Origin: Camelus dromedarius
Taxonomy: Eukaryota
Reading direction: 5' to 3'
DNA length: 64,000 nt
NCBI RefSeq assembly: GCF_036321535.1
Contig: NC_087472.1
Span: 97,032,001 to 97,096,000 of the forward strand
Shown: piece after piece, positions 42,101-57,800 of the stretch
Numbering within the stretch: position 1 is the first letter of the stretch
Layout of the letters: every line of letters begins with the position of its first letter
Notes under the pieces: generated by a model
The model's database searches: none
The model's input: the letters and a program-made list of their open reading frames with translations, nothing else
What the model was told of the DNA's origin: nothing
Position numbers and translations under genes: made by a program

Positions 42101-44825
42101 TTACCCACTTCAGAAACTGGGCCACTGCAAACCAAGGAAAGGTAGGGAAGAAAGATTTCGGTCAGTTCTGTTCTTCTTCACTTTCCTCTCTCAGCAGCTA
42201 CCTCCCTTCCTTATTGTCCCCACCATCCATTACTCTCTTAACCTTGGGGCTGGGGTGCAGCCAGCAGGACTCAGGCTACCTCTTACAGATGTAGGCAACA
42301 GATAAATACTGCCTGTGGATTGACCATATCTTTCAGAGGTTTGCCTATTATTTGCTTCCATTTTAAAAATGTGCTTTAAAAGCAAAAGTGTTGCTGTCTG
42401 CTTTGTACTCTAGTTTTTAAATTTTCTCCGTGAAGTCGGAACACAATAAGCGTCTCTATTAAATCTGACCAAGGGGACTGTATCATTGGCAGAAAGCATC
42501 ACTTCGGCAGGGGACCGTTTTCCATCTCCAACGTTCCAAGCCTGTTCAAGAGGACACTCTGGTAGCAGGGCTCACGTGGGGAGCTATGTAAACATGAAAT
42601 TCCAAACAGAAAGAGCCTTTGGTGACAAGAGGCCCTGCACATAATGGGAGCCTGGGCTCATTAACAGAGGGACAGCTCCAAGACCTGGGGCAGCCCAAGA
42701 CTAGAAGTAAAAGACTGTGTCGTCGTGAACATGCCAGGAACTGACCAACATTCCCAGGCGGTCCGTCTCTTATAGCCACAGTATTTAAGGCTGAAGAGGT
42801 GCCAGAGGGAACTGTTAAACAACATATACCGATTCTACCAACTTCGGAAGATAGACGCTTTTAAAGTATTCACTCGTCTTTTAAAAGCACATTCAAAATA
42901 TTTGTTTCTGTTATTGGCTCATTGCATGTCTGTATAGTTACATGCATATGAGCATGTACATGTCAGTATGTGTCAGGACACACACACACACAGGCCCCAA
43001 GTTCTAATTATTCCTGAGTGACTGCTCGGAGGCGGCGTGGGCTGTGAGCAGGGCCTGGGAATAAGGACAGTAGAGCTCTTCACTGCTGTTCAGATACACT
43101 TTGTACCAGGAGTACAATTTAAATTTTATTAGCAGTATACTTTGGGATTGTCATCCAGTAAAATCAAATATTAAAGGATTTAGGCTAATAATTTTTCTTC
43201 TTTTCTAAAGAATTTTATATCTTTATGTGCAGTTAACTTTCAGGCTTTGGAGCCAATGAAGGGAAAAGGCAGCACAGATGATAAATGACACTAATGGTGG
43301 AAAAACCTCAACTGGCTAATCCTCCAGTCACCTAGGGTGAGTCTCAGGAGCACTCAGAGATTCAAACTCACTCTCACCCAGACTCTTTCCTGGGGCCTGA
43401 TCAAAGCCTTCAAGGGTTGTTTATAATTCACTAAGGCAGGAGTCCACAAATGAATAGTTGAGAGTTAACTTAACTCTATCCAGTAGATACACTTCTGGAA
43501 GGTTGTTCATCAAGTCAATCATATTTTAAATGTGTTTAATGGTTTTGCTATCAGAGGCAGTCTGGGTGATTCGTTTATTTTTTGGTCAATGAATCACAGA
43601 CAAATCGATCTACTTTGAACCTCTGGATTTTGGAAGGCAGATTTTTCTTAAAGATTCCTGCCCAGATTCTCCTGCCTGCCACAGAACAGAGGCTAATGCC
43701 TTTGGGTACACCTCACATTTTAGTCCTTTAATACTAGCAGGATTTCCTTATCCTGAGTTCTGAAAAGTAAGGAATACCTGTGAAAAGGAGGAGGTGAGAT
43801 GGGATGGCTTGCTGATGAATGATCTTCCAGTTTCAATGTGAAAACATTTAATATCAGGAGACAGTGGAGCCATTTATAGCATGCCTGGGCAGTGCCAGAT
43901 TTCATATATGAAAGTGAAATTACTACAGTCTTCTAGAAAATCCATGGAGTATAATGAATGCGTGAGCAAAATCTGCATAAAACATATTTTATTCTTAGAT
44001 GAGCTTCGCTAAGTAGCTCCTGTTTATAAAAAGCTTTTCTTTCAATGTCGTCCACATAAATTGATGATTTTTGTTTTTTGGAGAAGAAATTTAAAGTGTG
44101 TATATGTCTGGGTTCAGTAACATCTGTTTTCTGGGGGAAGTTCATTAATTGGGTTACATTTACACTTTGCCTGTTATAAACATTTACTTTCTATGCTGAA
44201 TTGTTTGGTTTATCACAGCCTGTTTTGTCTCACAGTTAAGAGTGAGAGTAAAGATGTACTCTGCTTAAGTTAAGACGGATGCTCACATCAGGGCGAGTAC
44301 ACACATCTTATTCTTTCTACCAGAGACATGTCATGTTTTGGTAATTCTGATCCCAGCACTGGGTTTTAATCTGAGAAATGATTTTCCTTCACTAGAGAGC
44401 TGCAAATAATAGTCCAGGAAATAAATTTGCTGACAGCTCTTCCTTGTTTAAAGGTATTAAATACCATATGTATGTGTAGTATATAAAATCAATGTGTACA
44501 ACTATGGCCTGTAGTATATGCTATGGTCATTCTGTAGTATCTTTTCATATAGAAGACGTGTAATTTATAAATATATGTATATATGGCATATCCTATTCAA
44601 ACACATTTCACATATTCACATATAAGATGTGTGAATTTCTATTATCTATATACTATATCTAGAGAGAAATGTATAGTACTTACATTCAAACATTCAAACA
44701 ATATACGGTACATATGTTACAAACACATAAAATATATGTACAACATTAACTTACTGCATAATATATCATATTACATATGATATATAGGTAATGTGATATG
44801 TAGTATACATTATGCACACAGATTA

Positions 44826-44829
44826 TGTG

Positions 44830-44861
<32 letters not shown>
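44826..44861. repeat. (GC)n(CA)n microsatellite
   Basis: Seen directly. Confidence 0.9.
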
Positions 44862-45160
44862 AGATGAATAGTAGGTTGATATGAAATTTATTTCAGTGGT
44901 GAGGAAGAGTGATGTTAGTGCTGCTACACCAATCAATGCAGAGAAGGAGCTAGAATCTGTCTCTTAGGTTCCATCTACATTTTGGTTCTTGGCTGCTGAA
45001 GTAGCCTAGGTGAAGTGCAGGGTTTCCTTGATAATGACTATGAATCTGCTTGCATTGTGAGCTCCTGTAGACCCACCTGGTCAACACTACCCAGCCCCAG
45101 CAGTGACTTTGTGAGATCCTAATCCAAATGCAACAACAAACGAGGTGTTTCGCCTCATGG

Positions 45161-45187
45161 GTTGTTGTTGTTGTTGTTGTTGTTGTT
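45161..45187. repeat. (GTT)n microsatellite
   Basis: Seen directly. Confidence 0.9.
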
Positions 45188-45807
45188 TTTAAGCAGCTCA
45201 GTGACCTGATGCTACCTCTTGCTGCCTGACTTTCATGGAATCTACCACTCCCCTATTCCCTAGACTAGTTGGCTAGACCACCCAGAGGATACCCAGGAGA
45301 CCTGGGTCAGAGACAAAGCACCCTTGTACTCCTCTGCCTAATGAGCTATGCCTTTCTGGACCTGTGCTCCTAGTCCCGTTCTTGTCTTCTTTTATGGTTA
45401 AGAATAGAACAATAGAACGGATTTGTACCATCCCCTCAAACCTATTTCTCCCCACCCTCCCTTACTATACTGTGACTGGTGGAGCATAAGAATAAAAAGT
45501 GAGAACTACCCACAAAACTCGTTTACACAATCTTCGTAAATTAGTCCCACGATGACCATAGACCATTACAAAAAAAAAATATTCAGGAGAAAACTTTGAA
45601 AATATTGTATGGAGTTACTCTCTTATTTTAAATCAGATGTAAATAAAAAGGGGAACAGAACCCCTATGAATCAAATTTTTCCTAGAAACTACTGAACCTA
45701 TTCATGATTTATATCTAAGCAGAGTATTTCCACAGCATTCTAACATACTTCAACTCCATCATATAGATTGCTGTATTGCTGCAAATAATCAACTTCTACA
45801 GTAATGT

Positions 45808-45925
45808 CTTAGGTTGAACCATAAGAAATGACCACTTTTATAGTTCAGAGATGGTCAGATACTGGTACCAGTTTTGTAGGTCAAAAATGGTTGAATCTGA
45901 GCAGTTTTGTATAGTTTGAAGTTTA
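45808..45925. mobile_element. MADE2-like mariner MITE
   Basis: ttaggttgaaccataagaaat...ttttgtaggtcaaaaatggttgaat. Confidence 0.6.
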
Positions 45926-48900
45926 TTATCATCTGGCTGATTTTCCCCCCCATTTTTCTCAGGACTTTAGAAATAAAAATACACAAGAATACTCAACAGG
46001 AAGGCAAAACTTTTCAGGGTTGCCTAAGTTTAGAGCAAAAAATAATTAAGAGCTCCAGTTTCTCAGTTAGAACTAAATTTCTTGCACACAAACTTTTACC
46101 TCTATATAAGCCTGAGCTCTGTATACGTCATCAGAGTCCAGGTGGCAGCAAATGAGAATGAATTCTTGGAGAACTGAACCCGATCTTCTGGTTTCTACTA
46201 AATACAGATCATCTTAGAATATATGCCTGAAAGAGGCCAGACATCCCTGCTGTTTTTTATTCTCCACCTAGCACTTACATCCTTTCTTCTTTTCCCATCC
46301 TTGAATTGGAATGGCCTGGCTGGATGATTTAGAAGGAAGAAGGCACCCTAGATCTGACATTTGACCTTCTCAAAATCCCAAACATTTGAAAGGGCTTGAA
46401 GAATATTTTTCTTGAAGAATATTTTTTTGTCTCACTCGATCTTTGAGGCTCTTGTATCTTGTGAAGCAACCCTTATAAATAAGATAACCACATATAAACT
46501 AATATCCAAAATATCTTTCACAACTTCAATTCTCCCATTTTAGCTGAACAGAATGTACGTGAAGCAACAAACCTGCCAGATGAAGAAGGAAGAAAACCTT
46601 CCTTCTGTTCCCTTCTATATCCTCTCAACATTCCATTCCTTTCCTGATTTGTGTCTGATCAGCAAAGCTGTGGAAATATTAAGCCTTTACGGAGAGCTTG
46701 CATATACAAAACCTATGCCAATTTCTTAAATCATACCCAACTGCAGGACAGCCTTGTAAATCCTCATCCTTTAAAGGAAATTCCGTAACAGATTAACTTG
46801 TGTCAAATGTTTACAAATGGCAGTTCAAGTACCTCAATACCTGGGATTAATATGGTTTGGGAAGTAAGGATATTACTTTATGCATAAGGGGTATGGATGA
46901 AATAAACTCCTCTCCAAATTATAATAACTAAAAAATGTCAATGAGTATTTAGGATACTGTGGACCTGTAAGAATCTCAGCTCTAAATAAAATGATCTGAG
47001 TCATATGGACAAGGGTTTTGGCAGAAGTGGGGTTGTCTAATATGCATGACACTGATTAAAAACATTCTAAATCCTGATGTATCTATGCTTACATCATTGC
47101 CAGAATGATTCATCTGTGTAGGATATATTCTTACTGCCAGAAATGTCACGTATCATCTTGGCTAGAAGCACACAGTCACATCCCATTATGGTGAACTCTC
47201 AGAGTTTATCCAAATTCTTTCCTATTCTGGAATTTTGTCAGGTTAATACTGCCTGACACACGTGGTCTTAAAATTTTCCATTCTAAATCTACTGCCATTT
47301 TGGCATTTGGCTGGATCTGGCCTTATGTGACCGGCAGCACACTGAGAATGTTTAGTTTGTTGAATTTTAAATCTATAATGTTTATCACATTATACACTGA
47401 TTGTCGGCCAAGGAAATGTCTGGAAAGGAAAAAGAGGCTTTTTCTAAGATACTTTTCCTTCTAAATGAGGCCATATATTTAAAATTTTTTATTCAGTAGT
47501 ATATTAATGTAACAGAAAATCAAGCAATTTTGCTTAAATCTGCTTAGTTTAAGCATAGCCATTATATGTTATAGACAGGCAGATTTAGAAACTGGACAAG
47601 CAGTTTATTGACTCATAGTGCAAAACCCTTAGCACCGCATTTCTTCTTGGTCATTTGAAATATTTATTGGCATTTTAGGACTGGTCATCAAAAATCCAGA
47701 ATTAAACACTGGCTCTGGATGCAACATTTATGAACGTGCTCTGGCTTATATTTCATTTTACAATCAAACTCTGAGAATGAAGAGTTTATCTGAGAAATAC
47801 AGGAGGGCAGCCATCCTAAATCCAGACACTACTGGCTTTACGAGCATATTAAGCACCCATTACATGGTACAAACTATTTATTGCAAATGGGCCTTAGCTA
47901 CTAAAACGCGCAGCTTTCTTTCATGTTGTGACTAAGTAATTTGAAATCTCTTTGAGCTGAAAATGTACAGAAGGGTTGCATACTGACTGTCAGCGGGGAA
48001 AACTGCCATCAAATCAATACATGTAACATTCCTCACAAATTACAAACGAGGGTGTATTGGGTAGCTGCGGCGCTTGGTCTCTTTCACTACAAATGCCAGA
48101 TTTTGCTGAACTGAATTCATGTCAAGTTCACTGATACTCACTTTCTGTGGAGTTGTGGCATTCCTCTTTCTGGATTTTTTTTTTTAAGATGCTGTCTTTA
48201 AATTTTAAGTATTGTAATTTGTTTTACTTAAAAAAATTTAAGACGTTTTGATTATTTCCTTTCATTTTACTAATAGTGAAATAGATTTTTTTTAGTGAAA
48301 TTCGTTTTAAGAAGTTTTGAGTATTACTATTTGGTTTTGCTTAAAAATGAATTTTAAGAAGCTCTAAATACTGTAATTTTATTTTACTTAATGCAGGTAG
48401 TTTTTAGAAAGTTTTAAATATTGTATCATTCTTTGAGCATACTGGGAACTACTCAGAGTGTCATAAAACCAGGAACGATAGTCCTTTTTCTAGCCCTAAC
48501 ATCCTTTTTCCTCACCTTGAGAACCTTACTGTCTCCCTTCAGTTTCCCACAAACCCTTATCCCTGTTTATCTTCCTCCCACAAAAACAATCACAACAAAA
48601 AACACTGTATTTTTAAAATGAAAAGCTAAAAACAACAACAGCAACAAAAAAATCCCAAACCACCCAAGCATGTGACTAATCATGAGCAAAACACCTTAAT
48701 TTAAATCTTGACTCAAGCCTCTATGGAAGCTACTAATCCCCAGTCCTTACTCACTCTTCAAGGAACCGCCCTGTATTCCACAGCTGGCACACATCATCTG
48801 GGGGCTATTTTCAAGAGGCAAGTTATGCTGCCATCTTAACAGACTGCATTCAGGAGGAAATGCAGCAGCCCCTTTCTCTGCTGTGTTCAGCAGTGATGAG

Positions 48901-49559
48901 TAAACCGATCTGGTAAATTCACAGCATGCTCAGTCTCCATGTAGTGCCCCACTTTTCCACAAATGCTCCTCGTATACGTTTATTGCCTGGGTCTAAATTC
49001 CCGCAGGCCACAGAGCATCGAGGGCGCACGGCATTCTGCGGCCCCGCCGGCCCTGCATATTATCGCTCAACCATCAGGCCGCTGAGATTTCCCAAGGATA
49101 TTCTTTTCTGTTCTCCTACCCCCAAACAGGGCATAAGGCATACTAATGAACTCCACCAGAGTTACTTCTCAGCCAATGAGAAATGCCACTTCATTTGTCA
49201 TGTCACTATCTGATTCCAAATGACATTTTAATTTTGCTAAAGTTAATTGATGAGAAGTTGCCAAAGAAAAGGGGGAAAGCTAACTGTTGGAATCCTTGGC
49301 CCACGAGAACCCTGCCATCCAGCTTGCTGGGCATGCCGTCTTCAATACCAGATGGGCAGAGCGACTGATACTCTATCATGATGACTCTGGCTTTATTTTG
49401 AACATTATCTCTATGAGCAAATTCCTGCAGCCCCCCCAAGAGAATATAGTAAAATTCTCAAACCATCATTTTAAAACATTCTCTTGAGTTCAGATAAGGA
49501 TGGGGAAAAGTTACCTTCCTGTTAATGTCTCACTTGTTGCCTTCAAAGTTCTTGCCCAT

Positions 49560-50050
49560 TTATCATATGTGTGATGTTCACATCGACTCTGTCCATCGGG
49601 TAGGGAAACTGAGGGTAGTGAACACTGTCAGAGTCCAACCCGTGTGCCCTCCCATTCCCCATTCTTGAGCTCATGGAAGGCTTCTTACTCCAAACACTGG
49701 TAACCTGAGGAGTTTTCCAGCTGCAGAAATGCACCCTGTCTTCCCTGGGAAGTGCTGGGGAGCTCATGACCCTGGGGAGAGCCCTCAATGACTCATACAC
49801 CGGGTTTCTGGTACAGAGTGCAGCTTCCAGCTTCCTCACCCCTCAAGGAGACCTCTGAGGTCTCTCAAAGGTCCCCAGTGGGACTGAGCTCCAGGTGCCC
49901 ACAGTAGTAACCTGCTTGTTAACATACCCTGAATCGTCTTCCTTCCTGGTCCCTTGTTCTCACTCCCATACTGGGGCTTCCTGGGCTTACCTCCCAAACA
50001 AACCACTTGTAGCTAAATCCTTGTCTTCTGGGGAAGCCCAGTCTAAGACC
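49560..50050. mobile_element. ERVL solo LTR (LTR16-like)
   Basis: ccccagtgggactgagctccaggtgcccacagtagtaacc...cctcccaaacaaaccac...ctaagac. Confidence 0.65.
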
Positions 50051-50247
50051 CTGTGGCACAGAGAAGATTACTGTCTGCTGAATACCACGCAGCTACTTAA
50101 TGGAGAACCAGGACTAGAACCCAGGATTTTGGACTTCTGGCACATTTACCAGATAAAGTTGCTTCTTGCCAACCACCAGCATCTTATAGAATTGGTCCCA
50201 GGGCTTCTGGGCAAAAGAAAGATGCTATAAATGAAACAAAGTTGTTA

Positions 50248-50988
<741 letters not shown>

Positions 50989-51200
50989 CTAGGGGGAAAA
51001 AAGTGAGAGTCAGCGTTTATTACCAAAAATAAGACATTAATAAGTGTCATTAGCTCTGTGGATTCCAGTGTCTGTTTTCTTTTTTTGACTGGGGTGGGTG
51101 GGAGAAGGGAGTCACTCATGCTGTCTCTAAGCAAGAGTTCAAATTAAATGTCATAACCTTACATCAGAAATGGGTAGTCAGGATGTAAAACACACATTTG

Positions 51201-51380
51201 ACCAGTGGTCCTCACAGTGTGCTCCCTGGCCCAGTGGCATCAGCACAAGCTGGGAGCTTGTCAGAAATGAAAATCCTCAGGACCTGGTAAGTCACAGTCT
51301 CTGGGGCGGGGGCCTAGGAATCTGGGTTTTCACAAGCCTCCAGGGGATTCTGATGCAGCAAGAGTTTGAGAAGCACCAGC
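51201..51380. mobile_element. MER5A-type DNA transposon
   Basis: cagtggtcctcacagtgtg...gggagcttgtcagaaatg...ggggattctgatgca...agtttgagaagcacc. Confidence 0.75.
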
Positions 51381-51819
51381 ATTATTTCTCCATTTTGTGT
51401 TCTTTGTGACTCAGTCGATCTATAAATATCTGAAAATCTTATATAGGTCCACCATTCAGTCTTCCCCGGAAACGGTGATGTCCAAAGTGAACTACGATGC
51501 AATTCCAAGTGCAGAGGTCCTCTGCAGGCCCATCCCTGGCTGCTGATTTTTAGGGCAGAGAAGTGATTTCTCCATTCAGTTCAGTCACTCTGTGACATAA
51601 AAGACAAGGGGTTGACCTTGAGGGCCCCCGACTTCTCTCGATTTCCTCCTTTGCTTCTCTGGGAAGGGAGCTGTAACTTCAGGGGCTTGGCTGAGATACA
51701 GGGGAATCACACTCAAGGAGCCCAGTAGGATTTACTCTGTACACCTTGCCCTGAATCAGATTTGCCATGCCTAGTTCTGTGTGCCTGTGATTCAAGTGCA
51801 CAGGGGAACACAGATACCC

Positions 51820-52050
51820 ATTTAATAGCCCCTACTATATGCCAGGCACAGTTCTAGGCCCTTTATACATATGAATTCATTTAATCCTTGCAAGAAATTC
51901 TGAAGTAGGTACAAGCACTAGCTTCATTTAACAGACAAGGAAACTGAGACAGAGAAGCCAAGTCACTTGTCCAAGATGACGCACATAGTAAAAGAGAGCT
52001 GGGCCATTCCAGGTGGTCTGGCTCTGGAAACTGGGCTCCTAGCCCCTCAC
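51820..52050 (-). mobile_element. MIR SINE
   Basis: ctactatatgccaggcacagttctagg...acagacaaggaaactgagac. Confidence 0.75.
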
Positions 52051-55000
52051 CATACACCTGTGGGTTGGCGATGCCAGGCACTGGATGAAGGTCCTTCTTT
52101 AGTCTAGCAATCTTGAATTTATGCTTTCACTGCCCACCCGTAAAAGTTACAAGTGCTCAAGTTCAGACATGTAGGGGTATGTGTCATCTACAGTGTAAGG
52201 TGAGAAGATAAGGCCTTCTCACTGTGAAATGAGGCCAGTTTGCCAAACGAGGCCAGTGGTAGACGTGGAGTTGAGTGTTAAGGAAATGAGTGCATCTAGG
52301 ACCATGCCTGGCACCAGGTGGGCTCTCCCAAGAGTGGAGCTAGCCACTGTTACCTACCTGCTGAACGGAGAAGCGCATTTCATACATAAGGGGGATAAAA
52401 GCCTCACATCTGGAGTTGCTGTGCTGTGGCTATTCCATTATAACTCATAACCTTCTGAGCGTCTCCATGACCCTGAGAGATTTTTCTCTGAAATCTGCGG
52501 TAGATGGATTATTTGCTAAGACATTTTGCTGTGCAGGATGAGTGGGATATTTATTAAGGTTTCTGAAAATGTCTGAGGGGCACCAGCTGTCAAAGTCCTT
52601 TAGTTCGCACAGAGCATGAATTGTTAATCCTAATTCTCAGTGCCTCTTCCCTCACATCTCTGCATGGGCACCAATGCTCATGTTCAGGAAACACTTCCTT
52701 GTATGACACCTGGCTGAAATATTTTGAGTTCTACACACACACACACACCCCACACACACCCACACACACCACACACACACCCATACCCACACCCCCTACC
52801 CACACACACTCGATCTCCCAGAGATAACTAGGAGACTATTTTCACAAAGCTCTCACCATATGCTAAATTTTTGTGTTGATGCTTTGGGTTTGATGATGAG
52901 TAGAATGTCTTTAATGGCTTTAAGCTCTGAGAGTGTGTTTTCATCCATTCTTCTCTAGGCTTGGCCCAGTGAATTTTGATTAAAAGAACTCCTAAATATA
53001 AAAAAATTTCCAAAATATGAAAGGTTACTTTGGAGGAGAGAAGAACCAAGAGGAATTTAAAGACAAGAGAGGGTTTTGATACGAGTTAAAAGAAAGACTT
53101 TGGGGGAAAGATCCAGAATAGGCTAGAAAAGGAGTGGTATTGAAAGCATGCATATGTGTAATATTTAGTGCATTGTTTGTTCCCATGAACAGTCTAATAA
53201 ATCTCCCTTAGAGTGATTACTAAATATGTCAAGAGAAAAAGATTGCCAAATAAGATGGTGTTAAGCCACAGGGCTGAACCCAATTATAGCAAGGGGATAT
53301 TTTCCATCCATTCTCTAAGGCGACCGTGCCGTGCTGGGTGGGGAGTTGTAAACCATTTAGTGATCTGCCAACTCTGCAGATCTACTGCTGTGACCCCTGG
53401 GACCACAGACCAAAGAAAGCAGACACTGTGTTAACCTCTGGGCCACAAGATCATAGGAGGGAGACTTGGAAAATGAGAACCTTACTGAAATTTGGGAGGG
53501 AAGATTTCTTAACTCTCAGGACCAGAGCTGCTGGGAGATTAATCTGCTTTGAATTTCCGAAGGAAAGGTGGGTAGAACGTGTGTCACTCTTGCTTCTGAG
53601 TGGCAGGGAGATGCTGAGTGACAAAGCAACCAGAGAGGGGGTGTGTTGGCTGAGGCCACCCACCTGGCAGGGGGAACCTGTGGGATTCTACTGCGGGATA
53701 AGAGGGGAGAGGATAATAAGAGGCATGGGAAAGGAGAATTGAGAGTCCCTTCTGTGACGTCTGGAACTGCTCTGTTCTGACTTTTGGGTCTTACACCTAC
53801 ACATCACACACACATACAGTCTACCCTTGGCTGTCCACGGAGCCACGGGCAGACACACTGTACCTGCTACTTGGACATCTACCTGTATAAAGTTTTAGAA
53901 TGCCTTGACTTACATCCCGAAAGGAGCCCGCTTTGGACAGCAGAGACACTAGTAGGTGTTCTTAGATTGTATTCACAGAGGGAAACAGAAGCCAGAGATC
54001 CAAGCTATGCTTTTTTTTATTTGCTTTATACTTATTTTTAATTTTAATTTCTGCACTAAAAAAGAAAAGGAAGGTAAAAATGACGACAAGTTAGTTTACA
54101 GTGACTTCATCTTTGCTTGTACATTAATCTTTGCTCTTGAGGGCAGAAGGGGAAAAGAAAGACAGGAAAACATCAAAGCATAATAGTGAAATGGTGACCG
54201 AGACACCTCAGTCCACAGAATGGACAATCTCAATTCACATAAGCTTATTGTTAGTCAGAGACCCTCAGAAAAGAAAAGGAGGGTAACAGGACACAAAGTA
54301 ATAGTCCTGACCCTTCATATAGTCTGAATCTGTCATGGGAATCAACATAGCATCCATGTTTCTATGCCTATGTATAGAGTTTGGATTACTCACTCAACAT
54401 ACATTCAGTAAGTACTCACCAAATCTACTGCATTGTCAATAATAGGGTAATTTCCCTGAATTTAGGGTACTCACACTTACACATGGAAAATCACAAGAGA
54501 TACAACACCCAAACAAAGGGAAGAACCTAACAATATACAACAATGAGCGCTCTGTCATAATCAAGCCTAATTTAGTGTCAGTCTCAATCACAGTATGTTT
54601 ATTGTTACTGTATTTGCTGTCAAATAGGCCAGACTGAATGTTAAATTGAGATTCATTCTAAGGCTCTGAACATACTGTTTAAATTGTTAGACTCTTTTCT
54701 TTCATCACCCCTCAGGTTAAGAATGAGGATAGTAATAGTAACTAGTCTGCTAAGTACTTTCTATACAGTTTAAAAAATTTATTCAGTACAAGTTTCTATG
54801 GAAATGGTTAAATCAGTATTCCCACTTTATAGCTGAAGCAAAAGACCAGGACGACTTCAGAACTGTAGTGAGGATGAAGAGGAAGTGGGAAAGGAGGAAG
54901 AATTGTCAGGCCACCTGGTTCAAATGACCAGCCTTGGTGTGACTGGCTTTTGCTGCTTAGGTAGGAGTGTCAGAGACCCTGGGAATGTCAGCTCTGCTTC

Positions 55001-57289
55001 TTAAGGGCTCAGGCTTTTCAGTAAAAAAGGAGGTTGGTCTAGCTAATCTTTACGGACAGACCATTTGGTTCTAACATGACATAATTCTAAGATGAGTGAC
55101 AGCCACAAAGTATACAATCAGATCCTGTGTGAGAGAAAGTTAACTTCATAAATATCAATTTGAGATTTATTACAGTGGCTTGAAGTACGCTTTTCCAACA
55201 CATTGAAGTTCTTTTTAGGTCAGTGACAGATCCGATAGTAGATGAAACCCAGAAAGAAAACCACAGGGTAGAGAAAGTAGGTTTACCGGGGAAAAAAAAA
55301 AAAGATTTCCTTCTCTGAGTGATTTCCCGTTCTGGGGAGGCACTGGCTCTTCTAATCCCCTTCTGCCGAAGCCTGGGACAAAGCCAGTGTGGGCTGCTGG
55401 TCACGACAGGCCAGAGTCTAATTTCCTCTCTGCCTCTCCTTGGCACACTCAGATCTTCCTCAGAAGACAGCAGGGGCACCTTGTAGAGGAGAATACAGAA
55501 GGGATCTGGGAGGAAGGAAGTGTCTGCTCCGGCGTGGTAATTAACATAGGAAAAATACCTGTGGGTTCAGAAGGCCTTTTACAGTCCCTTCCAGCTCTTT
55601 TTGTATTTGTTCCTTTTTGCAAACGGGGAGAGAGAAGGCAGGAAGACCACTCTGCCTGGCAGGGCAATTAACACCTCCAGCTGTCCCCCAGCAGCCTCAG
55701 CTGCCATGGGAGACTCAGAGGAGGTGGAGGTTCCCCGTTCCCAGGGGGAATCAGCCGGATGACACCACCGTTACCGGCTGCCTTCCTTTCCTTGTCTCAC
55801 CTTCCCACTCCTTCCTCTGCGTCTCCCAAATTAGCTGTGCACATTAAAACAATTTAAAAAGGGAGGTTGTTGGTTTGCCTTTCTAACCTCTATCATTTGC
55901 CCCCAAATATTACCTTCAAATGGACACTAAACCCAAATTACTTTAAAAAGTGCTTTCAAGGAATATCTGGTTTTCACTCCCAATTGAAAGGTTTTCTTCA
56001 CTGAATCCCTCCACATTCCAGGTCTTGATCAGGGTCTACATTCTGCCACTTGACTGTAAATGGGTAGAAACCAACTGGCAGGATATCCTCACCCAGGACA
56101 CAAGAAAACACCTTCAAGTGGATGGATCTGGGCTCTGCAGTTCATCAGTTACGCAGGCTCCCCCGGTGTTAGGTTCTGTCTCTGCATGATCTCACTCTCA
56201 CCCACTCTCTTTCCTCTTCTTTTAATAGAAATGCATTACATCAGAACATCAGTCGCAAGTTGGGGATTGTTACCGTGATTCATTTGTAGTGCAGCCAAAA
56301 GCAAGTTAGTCATTCCTTAATAAGTGAACAGAAATATCATTCTGCCTTTGAAACATAACATGTTCGGAGGACACCAAATTTAAGCTGTGGATATAGCTAA
56401 ACAAGTGACTATCCATTATCTATCCACATGCTTCGTCTGTACATGTGTGCCTAGTGTCCTGACAAACGGTTCCCTTTGTCAGTACTGTCGTGCCACTGCA
56501 GGTCTGGGAAAGTGGAATGTTTCTGTTTTTCTCCTTGCTTTACCAGGGAGTAAACACTCTTATTGCGGGTGTTGACACAGAAAGCCCCACATTTATAATT
56601 CCCCAAACAGGTTGTGTGTTTTTGTAGCCTTGACTGAAAAACCATTGCAGCTTTGGATTTTAGAAGGAAAAAAATAGTAAAGATGAAGGAAAAGGCAACT
56701 GCATTATCTCATTGCAGCCCTTGCCTGATTTCCACGTTGGTCTGGATGAGAAAGAATGCAGTGGACCACAGGTCCGGTACTCTCTTTTTTCCCATAGTCT
56801 GGGAGAAAGTTTTACTCGGTCTTAATTACCAAAAAGAAAAAAAAATTCCTTGATATGAAGACCCCTGGAAATCTGTAAAGTTAAACTTTCTGATTAGAGT
56901 GGTTATTTTTGAATCTTGCTGTCCTCACTTGACTTTCATGGTCAAGCTTAAACTCTGCTTGAGCAAGTTTGTGGGTCATGAGTTGTGCTGGCTAACTCTA
57001 CGAGAACAGGATGCTCTCAGAAATGGGAGAATGTTAAAGCTCATTGGCTAAGGCAAAGAGAAGTCCCAAGGAGCCAAATGCCTGGGGAACTGGCAACAGC
57101 CATTTTAAGATTTGGTCAGGAGACCACAAATAACTCTGCAAGGGACAGAAAAAAAAAAGGATCCCAAGGACATCTAGGTCTGGAGAAAAACCGTGGATCT
57201 GAGTGGGAAAAGCACTGGATCACAAGTCAGAAGACTTCGAGTCCTGGTTGTGGGTCTTGCTGGCTGCATGAGTCAGAGATAAATAAAAA

Positions 57290-57800
57290 ATGAACCCTTG
57301 AAAACAAATATCATGCCACTTCCCTGCTCTAAATTCCCCAGTGGTTCCCCATCGTGCTAAGAGCAAAAACCCAAGTCCTGACGGTAGCCAACAAGATGGT
57401 ACATTGCCCTTGCTGCTCTCTCCGCATCCATGTCTCACCATGCTCTCATCACAGTCTGGCTTTCTCTGGATTTTGCCTGGAATGTTGTCCCTTCATGTAT
57501 CCTCACTTCCTTCATGTCCCTGCTCAAATGGAATCATCTTCCCTGACCTCATCCCCAATTAAAAAACTAGCTCCCTCGCCATCACCATTATCTTAACTGA
57601 TTCTAAGTTTTTCATGGAGCCAATTATGATATGGCATTACATTCTATGTCTGTCTCTTTATTCTTTTGCCCCCACTAGAATCTGATGTGTTTTACCGTGC
57701 TGGAGTGCTTGTCTGTTTTGTCTGCTTCTACATCTCCATCACCCAGAACAGTTCCTAGAACTTATACTCAATAGTTACGGAGTTAAACACATGAATAAAT
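57290..57800 (+). mobile_element. L2 3' end
   Basis: tgccacttccctgctc...cagtggttcccc...tgcctggaatg...ccccactagaat...tgaataaat. Confidence 0.7.

Noticed and set aside
41618..42305. 120- and 174-aa ORFs in intron 2
   Set aside because: GC-rich intronic sequence with no recognisable protein similarity.
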